DNA of 64,000 bases from Candidatus Kapaibacterium sp. Lineage in GTDB: Bacteria > Bacteroidota > Ignavibacteria > Kapaibacteriales > UBA2268. The notes beneath the pieces were generated by a model that did not search any database, was not told the DNA's origin, and worked only from the letters and a program-made list of their open reading frames with translations. The stretch covers positions 992,001-1,056,000 of the forward strand of contig OY762428.1 of the NCBI GenBank assembly GCA_963665665.1. Direction: 5' to 3'. The translations under genes were made by a program, and so were the position numbers. Below are positions 48,999-60,080 of this stretch, piece by piece. Position 1 is the stretch's first letter. Each line of letters begins with the position of its first letter.

Positions 48999-49313
48999 CA
49001 CTGATATTCAGATATTGCAACAGAATATTTTCAGCCCAAAATAAATAAATCAATCCTTAAAACCAAGATACTATTAGTTAGCAAATTGAATTTCAGCAGA
49101 AAATTTTTCGGACTTTAACTCCGGCTTTATATCAAATTAACATAAGGGAAGTAAATTGTCTTGCAAGAAATATGGACTTTCTTATTCATTTTATCTCGAT
49201 TCATCGCCCTACCGGTTCCATCGGAGCCGGTATTTTTTTTTGTTTTTTCAAAAATTTTCATCAAATTATACGATTCGAAAAATTCATTGTTATACAAATT
49301 ACCGGACAAACTA

Positions 49314-52300
49314 ATGCACCTAATTTCCATACTACTAATAAGCATTTTTCTAACATTACCATCCCTTGTTTCAGCTGAAGAAAATGAAAAAAAAGACAGC
49401 GGCCCAATGAAAAGTTCAACCTTTAATGGTTTGAAATTCAGGGGTATCGGGCCCGGCATAGCATCGGGTAGAATAATTGATTTTGCGGTTCATCCCTGCA
49501 ATAATGATATAATTTATGCTGCAATTGCCTCCGGTGGCGTTTGGAAAACCACAAATCACGGTACTACATGGATTCCCATCTTTGACTCACAGGGATCTTA
49601 TTCGATCGGATGTGTTACTATTGATCCGAACAACCACCACACAGTTTGGGTGGGAAGTGGCGAGAATAACAGCCAGCGCTCTGTTTCGCACGGCGATGGT
49701 ATTTACCGCTCGGATGACGGTGGAAAAACATGGCGAAATATGGGATTAAAAAAATCTGAACATATTGGTAAGATTATTGTTCGTCCGGGAAATTCTAATG
49801 AAGTTTGGGTAGCTGCACAGGGCCCGCTCTGGAACGCAGGAGGCGACCGCGGACTTTATAAAACAACCGATGGTGGTAAAACATGGGATAAATCTTTATA
49901 TATCAGTGAGAATACAGGCGTATCCGACCTGGTAATGGATCCACGCGATCCTGATGTATTGTATGCATCATCCTATCAGCGCCGCCGCCATGTATGGACA
50001 TTGATTAACGGCGGCCCGGAAGCTGCGATATACAAAACCACTGATAATGGTAAAACATGGAACAAACTTTCAGGCGGACTTCCCGGTGGCGAGCTGGGCA
50101 GGATCGGGCTTGGAATATCACCTGTAAACCCGGATTATATTTATGCCCTTATTGAAGCAGTTGGTAATAAAGGCGGTTTCTTCCGTTCAACTGACCGCGG
50201 GGCATCCTGGAAAGAAATGTACGATATGAAATCAAGCAGCGCACAGTACTACCAGGAAGTATTCTGCGACCCGGTTGATGTCGATAAAGTTTATCTTGTT
50301 GATACATACAGTAAATATACCGAAGACGGAGGCAAAACATGGAAAAATATGGGCCTGAAGGAAAGGCACGTTGACGACCATGCCCTGTGGATCAATCCAA
50401 AGAATACCCTTCACTGGATTATCGGCGGTGACGGCGGCATTTATGAAACTCACGATCATGGTAAAACATGGAAATTTTATGAAAATCTCCCTGTAACTCA
50501 GTTTTACCGTATAGGTATTGATAATACCGAACCTTTCTACTATGTTTACGGAGGAACGCAGGATAATGCAACAATAGGCGGGCCTGTACGCACAGTAAAT
50601 GCACACGGCCTGATGAACCAGGACTTTTATTTCACCAAGGGCGGCGATGGTTTTCAGACCCGTGTTGACCCTGAAAATCCTGACATTGTATATTCACAGG
50701 CACAATATGGCAGCCTTGTAAGGTTCGACCGGAAAAGCGGGCAGAGAACGGATATCCAGCCAATGCCTGACAAAGACGGAGAATTAAGATGGAACTGGGA
50801 CTCTCCGCTGATTATCAGCCCTCATTCCAACACAAGGCTTTATTTCGCTGCAAATGTTTTATTCCGTTCCGATGACCGCGGAGATTCATGGGAACAGATA
50901 AGCCCTGACCTGACAAAACAGATCGACAGAAATCAACTTGAAATAATGGGCAAAGTATGGGGCCCCGAGACAGTTGCCAAAAATGCATCAACTTCTTTGT
51001 ATGGAAATATTGTTGCCCTGACTGAATCACCGCTTAAAGAAAATCTGATTTATGCCGGAACTGACGACGGCCTGATACAGGTTAGCGAGGATGCAAAAAC
51101 CTGGAAGAAAATTGATAAATTCCCCGGTATCCCCGAGCTTAGCTATGTAAGCGACCTGATGGCTTCAAAGCATGATGCCAATACTATATACGCCTGTTTT
51201 GATAACCACAAGATGGGTGATTTCAAACCTTATATATTAAAGAGTACCGACAAAGGCACTTCCTGGAAATCAATTTCTTCCAATTTGCCGGATAATGGCA
51301 TGGCATGGACAATACTTGAAGACCATGTTGATAAGAACCTGCTATTTGTAGGAACTGAATTCGGGATTTTCTTTAGCAATGACGGCGGAAAAAAATGGAT
51401 TCAGCTTAAATCCGGTATTCCGACTATTGCAGTAAGGGATGCGGAAATTCAGCAAAGGGAGAATGACCTGGCGCTTGCTACTTTTGGCAGGGGATTCTAT
51501 ATACTTGATAATTATGCTCCGCTCCGTGAAGTAAATGATGAAATGCTGAATAAAAAAGCACACCTGTTTGCTGTGAAAGATGCCCTCCTATATGTTCCGA
51601 ATACTGCTCCCGGCAGGAGAAATCTTGGCGAAACATTCTTCCGCGCAGAGAATCCGTTTGGAACAGATTTCACTTATTACCTGAAGGAAACACCGAAATC
51701 ATCGAAGAAGATCAGGCAGGAAAAAGCAAAAAAATTGGAGAAGGAAGGGAAAACTCCTCCTTACCCGACTTTTGACGAACTAAGGAAGGAAGACCTTGAA
51801 GAAAGTCCATACCTGATATTTACCGTGAAAAACAGCGATGGCGTGCCGGTCAGAAAACTGTATGCGCCTGCTGCAGCCGGTATTCACAGAATTAACTGGG
51901 ATCTGGACTACCCGGAAATATCACCTGTAGATAAGAATATGAAGGTTAACAAACGTTCAGGATATCCGGTTCTTCCGGGTCAGTACAGCGTAACAATGGA
52001 AATGTTTGACAATGGTAAAATTGAAATGCTTGCCGGACCCGTGAAATTTAACTGCAAACTTCTTAAAAACGAAACTCTTCCTCCAAAGGACAGAAAACAA
52101 CTTGAAAAATTCCAGCAGGACATTGCCAATATGCTAAATACTGCTTACGGAGCTGACAAATATATGAAAGCTCTTAACAACAGGATTGATTTTATTAAAA
52201 AATCTGTCAAACTTTCTGCGAAAGCAGATAATAACATGCTGACAAAGATAAGGGACATAGAACTGAAACTTGCAGACCTGAATATTATTCTGCATGGCAA

Positions 52301-52562
52301 CAGTTCAATCAGCAGCAGGAATGCCAACCAGCCGCCCAACCTAATGGACAGGCTTAACCAGACAGCATGGTATATGTGGAGTAATTCCTCAGCGCCTACA
52401 AAGACCAATATTGATTCCTATAATATTATGGTTGAACAGATGCAAAAGCTGATCAGCGGACTGAAAGAGGTCAGTGAGAAAGACCTTGCCCCAATCGAAA
52501 AACAGCTTGATGCAATAAATGCACCGCTTACACCGGGCAGGCTGCCGGTATTGAAAAAATAG
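49314..52562 (+). CDS. VPS10/BNR-repeat (sortilin-like) glycosyl hydrolase-like protein
   Basis: FRGIGPGIASGRI, multiple S.D.G.TW Asp-boxes, YGGTQDN, RWNWDSP, ATFGRGF; ATG 49314 gives a signal peptide. Confidence 0.88.
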   Translation: MHLISILLISIFLTLPSLVSAEENEKKDSGPMKSSTFNGLKFRGIGPGIASGRIIDFAVHPCNNDIIYAAIASGGVWKTTNHGTTWIPIFDSQGSYSIGCVTIDPNNHHTVWVGSGENNSQRSVSHGDGIYRSDDGGKTWRNMGLKKSEHIGKIIVRPGNSNEVWVAAQGPLWNAGGDRGLYKTTDGGKTWDKSLYISENTGVSDLVMDPRDPDVLYASSYQRRRHVWTLINGGPEAAIYKTTDNGKTWNKLSGGLPGGELGRIGLGISPVNPDYIYALIEAVGNKGGFFRSTDRGASWKEMYDMKSSSAQYYQEVFCDPVDVDKVYLVDTYSKYTEDGGKTWKNMGLKERHVDDHALWINPKNTLHWIIGGDGGIYETHDHGKTWKFYENLPVTQFYRIGIDNTEPFYYVYGGTQDNATIGGPVRTVNAHGLMNQDFYFTKGGDGFQTRVDPENPDIVYSQAQYGSLVRFDRKSGQRTDIQPMPDKDGELRWNWDSPLIISPHSNTRLYFAANVLFRSDDRGDSWEQISPDLTKQIDRNQLEIMGKVWGPETVAKNASTSLYGNIVALTESPLKENLIYAGTDDGLIQVSEDAKTWKKIDKFPGIPELSYVSDLMASKHDANTIYACFDNHKMGDFKPYILKSTDKGTSWKSISSNLPDNGMAWTILEDHVDKNLLFVGTEFGIFFSNDGGKKWIQLKSGIPTIAVRDAEIQQRENDLALATFGRGFYILDNYAPLREVNDEMLNKKAHLFAVKDALLYVPNTAPGRRNLGETFFRAENPFGTDFTYYLKETPKSSKKIRQEKAKKLEKEGKTPPYPTFDELRKEDLEESPYLIFTVKNSDGVPVRKLYAPAAAGIHRINWDLDYPEISPVDKNMKVNKRSGYPVLPGQYSVTMEMFDNGKIEMLAGPVKFNCKLLKNETLPPKDRKQLEKFQQDIANMLNTAYGADKYMKALNNRIDFIKKSVKLSAKADNNMLTKIRDIELKLADLNIILHGNSSISSRNANQPPNLMDRLNQTAWYMWSNSSAPTKTNIDSYNIMVEQMQKLISGLKEVSEKDLAPIEKQLDAINAPLTPGRLPVLKK

Positions 52563-52575
52563 GATAATGTTATTA

Positions 52576-52608
52576 GTTCATCCGATCACTCGAAGTGATC
52601 GGATGAAC
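52576..52608. repeat. Perfect 15-bp-arm palindrome (terminator or REP)
   Basis: GTTCATCCGATCACT-CGA-AGTGATCGGATGAAC. Confidence 0.7.
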
Positions 52609-52796
52609 ATTTCATTTTTATACCCAAAAAATGATAAACAATATCATTAATGAATGAAATTTCCATTAAAAATCAACAACTAATAAATCACACCTACTTA
52701 AGCGGGCTGAATATTTCCCGAAGATTTTGAATAATAGCTATAAATGTATTATATTGAACAAATTAAATACATTTTGATATTACTCCCGGAAATATT

Positions 52797-53195
52797 ATGA
52801 TATTATACAAAAAAAGAAGGAAGTATAAATACAACCTGCATTCAGACGAAACCTGCGAAACCGGTATTGTTCCTGAAAAACCGGCAGACCTGCATTTCCT
52901 GGCTATTGATGCAGCAGGAAAACTGACTATCCGCAAGGGATACTCCTGGGACGGCCCGAGCGGACCGACTATCGATACAAAAACTTTTATGCGCGGCTCG
53001 CTCATCCATGACGCTCTGTACCAGTTAATACGCGAAAAAGTACTTCCATTCTCAGCCAGGAAAAGAGCCGATGAGATTCTGAAGGAAGTATGCCTTGAAG
53101 ACGGGATGTGTCCGTTCAGGGCATGGTATGTTCACCTCGGTGTGAAATGGTTCGGCTGCAGCTCGGCCAAACCGGACATGAAGCAGGCACCTTAA
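52797..53195 (+). CDS. DUF1353-like protein
   Basis: GYSWDGPS, SLIHDALYQ, RKRAD, GVKWFG motifs. Confidence 0.65.
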   Translation: MILYKKRRKYKYNLHSDETCETGIVPEKPADLHFLAIDAAGKLTIRKGYSWDGPSGPTIDTKTFMRGSLIHDALYQLIREKVLPFSARKRADEILKEVCLEDGMCPFRAWYVHLGVKWFGCSSAKPDMKQAP

Positions 53196-53247
53196 ATCAC
53201 TATGGCTGATCCGATGATTTTACTTTTCGGATCAGTCATTCATTATT

Positions 53248-54351
53248 TTACCATTTTTCAACATCCTTATAATAATTAATATCTGCTTCAATCTCTTCAA
53301 TAGTCGGTAATGACCCTTTCAAATCATCAGGTAATATTTCAGTAAGAGTAAAATCACTAACTCCCATAGGTTTATTAATTCCCCTGAGCGCAAATTCTGT
53401 CTCAATTTTATTCTTTCCACGACATAACAGAATACCTATCGTCTGATTTTCATTTTCAGTTTTCAGCAGACTGTCAACAGCTGAAAGATAGAAGTTAAGT
53501 TTTCCGGCATACTCCGGAATAAATCTGGTATTCTTTAATTCAATAACTACATAGCATTTTAGTTTTATATGATAAAAGAGCAAATCGATATAGTAATCAG
53601 AATCACCTATATGGATATGGTACTGACGCCCGATAAAAGCAAACCCTTTTCCCAATTCGAGCATAAAATTGCTAATATGATCTATCAATTTATTTTCAAT
53701 TTCACGTTCGTTAAATGGCTTTGTTATTGAAAGAAAATCAAATGTATATGGGTCTTTAAGGGTTTGTTCGGCAAGGTCTGACTGTGGTAAGTCAAGTGTA
53801 TCTTTAAAATTTGTTATCGCCGCTCCCTGCCTTGCAAACAGGCTTGTTTGTATCTGTAATGCAAGCACATTCCTGCTCCACCCATGTTCAATAGCTTTAT
53901 TTACATAAAAAATCAGTTCAGGCAATTCTTTAACTTTACCTGTCAACAATTTAATATGGCCCCATGGCAGCTTCCTGATTGACTTATATAAATCAGTTTG
54001 TTTAATAATCGTAAATTTGTCCCCAGTTTGGGGACTAATTGAAACCTGACTTTCGTCCCCGGTTTGGGGACTATTTGCCAGATATTTGTAAAACAATCTG
54101 CAATATTTCAGGTTAGTAAGCGAAAAGCCCTGTATATCAGGAAATTCCTTTCTCAGATCTGATGATAATTGATCAAGAAACTTGCTGCCCCATTCTGCAT
54201 CTTTCTCTGCTATCATCCGCCCAATATCGAAATAAAAATCAATAAGCACGCTGTTTGCTGACAAAGCAGCTTTTAACCTTGCCGACCGAATCGCAGATTT
54301 TATTTCTTTAATCCAGATTTTATAATTTTCTGTTTTTATAAATTTCTTCAT
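53248..54351 (-). CDS. YhcG/DUF1016 PDDEXK nuclease domain protein
   Basis: WGSKFLDQLSSDL, GFS..NL, LPWGH, KDPYTFDFL, LELGKGFAFIGRQ, IDLLFYH..L.CYVVIELK. Confidence 0.92.
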   Translation of the reverse strand: MKKFIKTENYKIWIKEIKSAIRSARLKAALSANSVLIDFYFDIGRMIAEKDAEWGSKFLDQLSSDLRKEFPDIQGFSLTNLKYCRLFYKYLANSPQTGDESQVSISPQTGDKFTIIKQTDLYKSIRKLPWGHIKLLTGKVKELPELIFYVNKAIEHGWSRNVLALQIQTSLFARQGAAITNFKDTLDLPQSDLAEQTLKDPYTFDFLSITKPFNEREIENKLIDHISNFMLELGKGFAFIGRQYHIHIGDSDYYIDLLFYHIKLKCYVVIELKNTRFIPEYAGKLNFYLSAVDSLLKTENENQTIGILLCRGKNKIETEFALRGINKPMGVSDFTLTEILPDDLKGSLPTIEEIEADINYYKDVEKW

Positions 54352-54430
54352 AAATTTGATCCTGGTATATTCCGGTTTCCCAATAGCATTATATATTTTC
54401 GATTACAATTTGACAGCATTTAATAAAACC

Positions 54431-54946
54431 CTACTTTTCAACCACAAGCAACTCATTTACTTTCACTCCATAGGTAATCAGTTGAATATTGTATATGCCG
54501 CTTGCAAGGCTGCCTGCATCGAAAGATAGCTGATGTTGCCCCGAAGTGGCCTCCCCTTCTGAAATTGTTTGCACAAGCTGCCCGGCAATTTTATATATTT
54601 TCAGAGAAACATAAGCTGCTTTTGGCATGTAATATTCAATATTAGTATTTTCAGAAACCGGATTGGGAGTGCATTTCAGGGATGTATCATCTACAAAATT
54701 CCGATTTTCATTAACCGAATTCAGGCCGTTTGAAATTGCTATTGTATGGAAAGAACCTGCAGCAACGCTAATCCATTTTTTATCTTTTACAATCTGTGTG
54801 GGAATATAATTATCTTCAAAAGTCACGTCGCCAGGTTCGCCATACCCATTACTTCCCCAAGTCCAAAGGATTCCGCTTTCCTGAGCTGATAAATTAATCT
54901 GAATTGATAGAAAGCTTACAATTAGCAAAGTAGAAATCTTTTTCAT
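54431..54946 (-). CDS. T9SS type A sorting domain protein with a single RCC1-like repeat (probably internally deleted)
   Basis: Signal peptide; LWTWGSNGYGE.G...PTQI...WISVAAGSFHTIAI; CTD PNP...LASGIYNIQL. Confidence 0.65.
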   Translation of the reverse strand: MKKISTLLIVSFLSIQINLSAQESGILWTWGSNGYGEPGDVTFEDNYIPTQIVKDKKWISVAAGSFHTIAISNGLNSVNENRNFVDDTSLKCTPNPVSENTNIEYYMPKAAYVSLKIYKIAGQLVQTISEGEATSGQHQLSFDAGSLASGIYNIQLITYGVKVNELLVVEK

Positions 54947-55131
54947 AACACTCTCTCCAACATTTTATATATACTTTTATTACAAGGAAATACCTCCGGG
55001 AGTATTCATTTATAATATCGTAAATTTATTTGAAAAAGGCAAGTTGAACTATTAACAATTATATTATCTGAAAATATTACCCGGATATTTCCGGGTAATA
55101 TAACTGGAAATATTTATAATATTCTTGAAAA

Positions 55132-56226
55132 TCAGCCAGCTACAGGAAGATATATCGTAGCTTCAGTATATTTTCCAAATTCGCTGTCAATCTTAAAAAC
55201 CCCGCCATAAACTTCAGCAATTCTTTTCAGGCTAACAAGTCCAAGGCCCGGGCCCTGCTGTTCATATACCCTTCTGTCGAACTGTACGAATGCTCCGATT
55301 TTCCTTATTTGATCGGCGCTCATCCCTCTGCCATAGTCTTTTATTGATAATCTATATAAATTTCCTTCAACCGAGGATGTGATCTCTAACGGAGTACCCT
55401 TATCAGAGAATTTAAACGCATTATTTGAAAGCTCTTCGCAAATCTTTAGTAGATGTTCCTGCATAATTCGCACAGGAGTATCATCAAGTTCATAATGCAA
55501 ATCATCAACCCGTTCAAATTCGGAAGCTTCTTTTTCGAATGCCGAAGTAATTATGTCCACAGGATTGGATGTAACATATCCTGTTAATTTTTCTAACTGT
55601 TCCCGGTCTTTGCTGAGTATCTCGATATCAGCATAAAACAGGTAATTCAGAATCAGCCTGTGAAGCCTTTGGGCAGAAGTATAGATATTTTTATGAAGCT
55701 GAACAACCTCCTCGGATTCCAGAGAATCAAAATATTCGATCAAAAATTGAGATGAAGCCATAATTCCGTTAAGCGGAGTTCTGAATTCGTGAGGCAGGGA
55801 CGTAGTAAGGTTTTGCCTGAGTTCATCAAGATTCTTTTCAGAATCCTTGCGTAGATTATCCGTTTTTTTCATCCTTACTTCAATAGCCTTATAGAGCTGA
55901 TCAGGTGTAAACGGCTTGGTTAGATAGTCGTCAGCTCCAAGATTCATACCTTCTCGAAGGTCATCCTTATCGGCCTTGGCAGTTAGGAAAATAAACGGTA
56001 CGGAACTTGTTGATTCATTATCCTGAAGAGCTTTAAGTACACCGAAGCCATCTAATTCAGGCATCATAATATCACAGACTATCAAATCCGGTAAGTGCTT
56101 TCTGGCTAACTCAATTCCTTTAATTCCGTTATTTGCTCCGATAACATCATAATCCAATTCTTCAATTATCTCCATGATATTTTCAAGAACTGCATCTTCA
56201 TCTTCAATTACTAATACTTTTTTCAT
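55132..56226 (-). CDS. Hybrid response regulator / histidine kinase
   Basis: REC (IEDE, CDIMMP, FLTAK, KPF), H-box PHEFRTPL, NAFKF, DYGRG, GPGLGL. Confidence 0.9.
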   Translation of the reverse strand: MKKVLVIEDEDAVLENIMEIIEELDYDVIGANNGIKGIELARKHLPDLIVCDIMMPELDGFGVLKALQDNESTSSVPFIFLTAKADKDDLREGMNLGADDYLTKPFTPDQLYKAIEVRMKKTDNLRKDSEKNLDELRQNLTTSLPHEFRTPLNGIMASSQFLIEYFDSLESEEVVQLHKNIYTSAQRLHRLILNYLFYADIEILSKDREQLEKLTGYVTSNPVDIITSAFEKEASEFERVDDLHYELDDTPVRIMQEHLLKICEELSNNAFKFSDKGTPLEITSSVEGNLYRLSIKDYGRGMSADQIRKIGAFVQFDRRVYEQQGPGLGLVSLKRIAEVYGGVFKIDSEFGKYTEATIYLPVAG

Positions 56227-56476
56227 AAGGCCATATAATATAAAATATAATTTTTTTATAATTTACAAAATTTTTCATGAATATCAAGGGAAATTATATA
56301 TCACTTCCGGGCAACATAGCAAATCTGATCAAATTATTCAAAATTATTATATTTGTCCGACAGCAATTAAATAGTTTCAACCACTAACACAATAAAAAAT
56401 ATTCAGCAGAACAATTGTCTGCTGAATAATAGATCATAGCTTTGCTTATTGTATCAGAGGCTTCTGAATAAAAAAA

Positions 56477-56830
56477 CTACGGGGTAACTGCTTTGGGATC
56501 AGGCCCGTATTGATTATCACCGGTTGTACCTTCCCCAACCATTAAAACAATAAGCCAGATTCCGCCAATGATCGGAATAAGTGATACTAATATCCAGATA
56601 CCACTTTTATCAGTATCGTGCAGCCTTCGGATTGAAACAGCAATACCCGGAATTAACACAGCCAGCCCGTACAAAAGCTGAATAACGAAATATGTTCCGA
56701 TTATCATGTCCAGAATACTGGCGGCTATTGCAAAAATGATGTTGAACAGAACAAACATCCAGTATTCTTTTCTTCTCGCTCTGCCGTCAAATCCGACGTA
56801 ATTCTTAATTACTTTCAAATACCAGTCCAT
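56477..56830 (-). CDS. DUF805 (YhaH-like) membrane protein
   Basis: FDGRARRKEYW, RRLHDTDKSG, NQYGPDP. Confidence 0.92.
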   Translation of the reverse strand: MDWYLKVIKNYVGFDGRARRKEYWMFVLFNIIFAIAASILDMIIGTYFVIQLLYGLAVLIPGIAVSIRRLHDTDKSGIWILVSLIPIIGGIWLIVLMVGEGTTGDNQYGPDPKAVTP

Positions 56831-57183
56831 TGTAAAACCTTTAATAATTTTTAAAAATGTGGAAACAAGAATTAAACATATTTCTAATTTATTTAATATC
56901 GTCAGTTACTGCTTAAATATCCTGTATCTTGCCTGTTTCATTCTGCGAGTCATTCCCAGAAACAAATTACTAATTTCCTTATCATCAACAAAAATATATT
57001 TCTCATTTTCAAATAAGAATAAAATCTCTATTTTATTTATCACTCATTAACTTTAATTGGAAAAATATGGCTAAATTGCATATTTTGTTTCAGCGAAGTT
57101 GAAAAAATGAAAAACATCGCTGTTACGTCAATGAATTTGATAAAACTTGAACTGAATAAATTTTGGAACGGAGGTTCGAATTA

Positions 57184-59190
57184 ATGAGCGATTCACCCGG
57201 AAAAAAGGATGATAACAATAACGATTTTAAGAAAATGAATCCTTTTGGTGATTTTGGAAAAAACGGTAATAACCAGCAGAACAAATTCTTCAGAAATATG
57301 CTGCTTTGGGTTGTTATCGCAGCCGGATTATTCTCGGTGTACGTTTTCACCCAGGGCAACCAGCGCGGAGAATGGCCGGTAAATTACACCCAATATCAGG
57401 ATTTGCTGGAACAGGACCTGATCAGAGAGGCCACGATAACAAAAACCCAATTGAATGATTTTGAATTCCACGGAGAACTTAAAGAGAAAATAACTATTAC
57501 CATTGAAGGGAAACCGAGAGAAGTAAAATATTTCGTTACCAAACTCGGAGTTCTGGATACTGACACCGAAAAAAGATGGGCAGAAAAGGGAATTACATGG
57601 AAATATGAGGAAGGCGAAAGCCCGTTCTGGGGAACGATAATTTCTATCCTGCCTCTTCTATTACTTGTAGTTTTCTTCGTGGTGATAATGCGAAGGATGC
57701 AATCAGGCGGTTCGAAGGGAATATTCACTTTTGGTAAGGCCCGAGTGAAACTTCATTCAGAAAGCCAGGTAAAAATTACTTTCGATGACGTTGCCGGAGC
57801 TGACGAAGCCAAGGTAGAACTTGAAGAGGTAATTGAATTCCTGAAAGAGCCCAAAAAATTCCAGAAACTGGGCGGAAAAATTCCACGCGGTGTACTGCTG
57901 GTGGGCCCTCCCGGTACTGGTAAAACACTACTTGCAAGAGCAGTTGCCGGTGAAGCTGACGTGCCTTTCTTCTCTATATCCGGCGCTGATTTCGTGGAAA
58001 TGTTCGTTGGTGTGGGTGCAAGCCGTGTACGTGATCTTTTTGACCAGGCAAAGAAAAATCATCCCTGCCTTGTATTTATTGACGAGCTTGATGCTGTAGG
58101 ACGACATCGCGGTGCCGGACTTGGCGGAGGACATGACGAAAGAGAGCAGACACTTAACCAGCTGCTTGTTGAAATGGACGGCTTTGAACAGAACAGCGGT
58201 GTTATTATTATTGCAGCAACAAACAGGCCGGATGTTCTTGATCCTGCCCTGCTCAGGCCCGGACGTTTCGACCGCCAGGTAGTTGTGGACAGGCCCGACG
58301 TGAAAGGACGCGAAGCAATATTTAAAGTTCATACCAAAAACATACCAATGAGTGACGATATCAAATTGGACGTTCTTGCTAAAGGTACTCCGGGACTTTC
58401 AGGAGCCGATATTGCTAACATTGTTAACGAGGCCGCTCTTCTTGCAGCACGCAGGGACAGCGACAAAGTTACGATGTATGATTTTGAAAATGCTAAAGAC
58501 AAAGTTTTGATGGGCGTTGAACGCCGGAGCATGGTGATTTCCGATAAGGAAAAGGAAATGACAGCATACCATGAAATGGGTCATGCCCTTGTTGGCAAGC
58601 TGCTTCCTGACGGAGACCCCGTACACAAAATCACAATTATCCCAAGAGGCAGAGCTCTGGGTGTAACTTCGTATTTGCCAAACGAAGAATTCCATTCCTG
58701 GTCTCAACCATATATTGAAGCTCACATTATTACTCTTCTGGCCGGCCGGGCAGCAGAAAAAATAGTATTCAAAAAGCTTTCAACCGGAGCTGCCAATGAT
58801 TTGCAAAGGGCTACAAAACTTGCCCGCAAGATGGTTTGCGACTGGGGCATGAGCGAGGCCGTAGGACCAATTACATTTGCCCACGAGCAGGAAGAAGTTT
58901 TCCTTGGTAAGGAACTTTCTCAACCAAGAGACCATAGCGAGCAAACAGCCCAGCTTATTGATACTGAAGTTCGTAAAATATTGCTGACCGCTGCCGATAG
59001 AGCTGAAACTTTACTAACCGATAATATTGATATCTTGCATCGGGCATCGAAAATCCTTCTTGAAAGAGAAAATATCGACGCTGTGGAACTTGATTTGATT
59101 ATCAAAGGGGATGAACTACCGCCGGTAAGTATGGCACAGATTTCAGCCTTGAAGAATATGAATTTCGATGATAAAGAAAAGAAGAACTGA
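57184..59190 (+). CDS. ftsH: ATP-dependent zinc metalloprotease FtsH
   Basis: Two TM helices; [39 protein letters not shown]. Confidence 0.97.
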   Translation: MSDSPGKKDDNNNDFKKMNPFGDFGKNGNNQQNKFFRNMLLWVVIAAGLFSVYVFTQGNQRGEWPVNYTQYQDLLEQDLIREATITKTQLNDFEFHGELKEKITITIEGKPREVKYFVTKLGVLDTDTEKRWAEKGITWKYEEGESPFWGTIISILPLLLLVVFFVVIMRRMQSGGSKGIFTFGKARVKLHSESQVKITFDDVAGADEAKVELEEVIEFLKEPKKFQKLGGKIPRGVLLVGPPGTGKTLLARAVAGEADVPFFSISGADFVEMFVGVGASRVRDLFDQAKKNHPCLVFIDELDAVGRHRGAGLGGGHDEREQTLNQLLVEMDGFEQNSGVIIIAATNRPDVLDPALLRPGRFDRQVVVDRPDVKGREAIFKVHTKNIPMSDDIKLDVLAKGTPGLSGADIANIVNEAALLAARRDSDKVTMYDFENAKDKVLMGVERRSMVISDKEKEMTAYHEMGHALVGKLLPDGDPVHKITIIPRGRALGVTSYLPNEEFHSWSQPYIEAHIITLLAGRAAEKIVFKKLSTGAANDLQRATKLARKMVCDWGMSEAVGPITFAHEQEEVFLGKELSQPRDHSEQTAQLIDTEVRKILLTAADRAETLLTDNIDILHRASKILLERENIDAVELDLIIKGDELPPVSMAQISALKNMNFDDKEKKN

Positions 59191-59212
59191 GAAAAGATAA
59201 ATCTTTAATCAC

Positions 59213-59240
59213 AAAAGCCGTCTTTCCGGACGGCTTTTTT
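59213..59240. terminator. Bidirectional intrinsic terminator
   Basis: AAAAGCCGTC-TTTCCG-GACGGCTTTTTT between convergent ftsH and macrodomain genes. Confidence 0.8.
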
Positions 59241-59761
59241 TATTTTAACAAATCATTATAGAGCCTGTAGTTTTCCTCCTCGAAGCAGCAAAATGTTATC
59301 TCCATACCGCTTTTTGTTTCAGTTAGATAATCAATTACAGATTTGACGGCAACCATGGCGGCCTTCTCCAACGGGTAACCGTAAATTCCCGTGCTGATAT
59401 TCGGGAAAGCAATTGACCGGCAGCCATTTTCTTCAGCGAGCTGTAATGAATTAGTATAGCAGTTTGCCAGCAGCTCCGGCTCATTATTCATTCCTCCTCG
59501 CCATACAGGCCCCACAGTATGAATAACGTATTTAGACGGCATAAGCCCTGCCTCTGTAATCACCGCCTCGCCCGCAGGCAGCCTGCCGATCTTTGCAATA
59601 ATATCCATACACTCCATGTGTATTTCCGGGCCTGCAGCACGGTGTATTGCTCCGTCCACTCCGCCACCGCCGCCAAGCCCGCTGTTTGCTGCGTTTACAA
59701 TGGCATCCACATTCAATTTTGTAATATCTGCTTTTATCAGGATTATATTATTCATTATCAT
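59240..59761 (-). CDS. Macro domain O-acetyl-ADP-ribose deacetylase (YmdB-like)
   Basis: DAIVNAAN, GGGGVDGAIH, VIHTVGP, SIAFPNISTGIYGYP. Confidence 0.92.
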   Translation of the reverse strand: MIMNNIILIKADITKLNVDAIVNAANSGLGGGGGVDGAIHRAAGPEIHMECMDIIAKIGRLPAGEAVITEAGLMPSKYVIHTVGPVWRGGMNNEPELLANCYTNSLQLAEENGCRSIAFPNISTGIYGYPLEKAAMVAVKSVIDYLTETKSGMEITFCCFEEENYRLYNDLLK

Positions 59762-60080
59762 TGTGAAATATTTTTTATAAAATTAAAATATTCTTTGGAA
59801 TATGTTTCTTTTTTTTTACATTGTGTATAAATAAAATTGTACATTTTCTAACTAAGGTTGGGGGCCTTAATGACCAAAATACCCTGCTAAAATTTATATT
59901 AGTGCATATTATAAATACAGATATGCCGGTGCTTGCCAACATATCCGGGTTATTATTATTCAATGCCATCGAGTAACATAACCATGGCATAATATAGTGA
60001 TTTCACAACAAATATCGAAATAATTTCACGCTTTCCCTTACAGGATTGTTGTAGTTTTTATAATAAAATGCGGGTTAAAC

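Noticed and set aside
52797-54946. Prophage or defence island
   Set aside because: Only DUF1353-like and YhcG genes are present, with no integrase, structural or restriction-modification genes.
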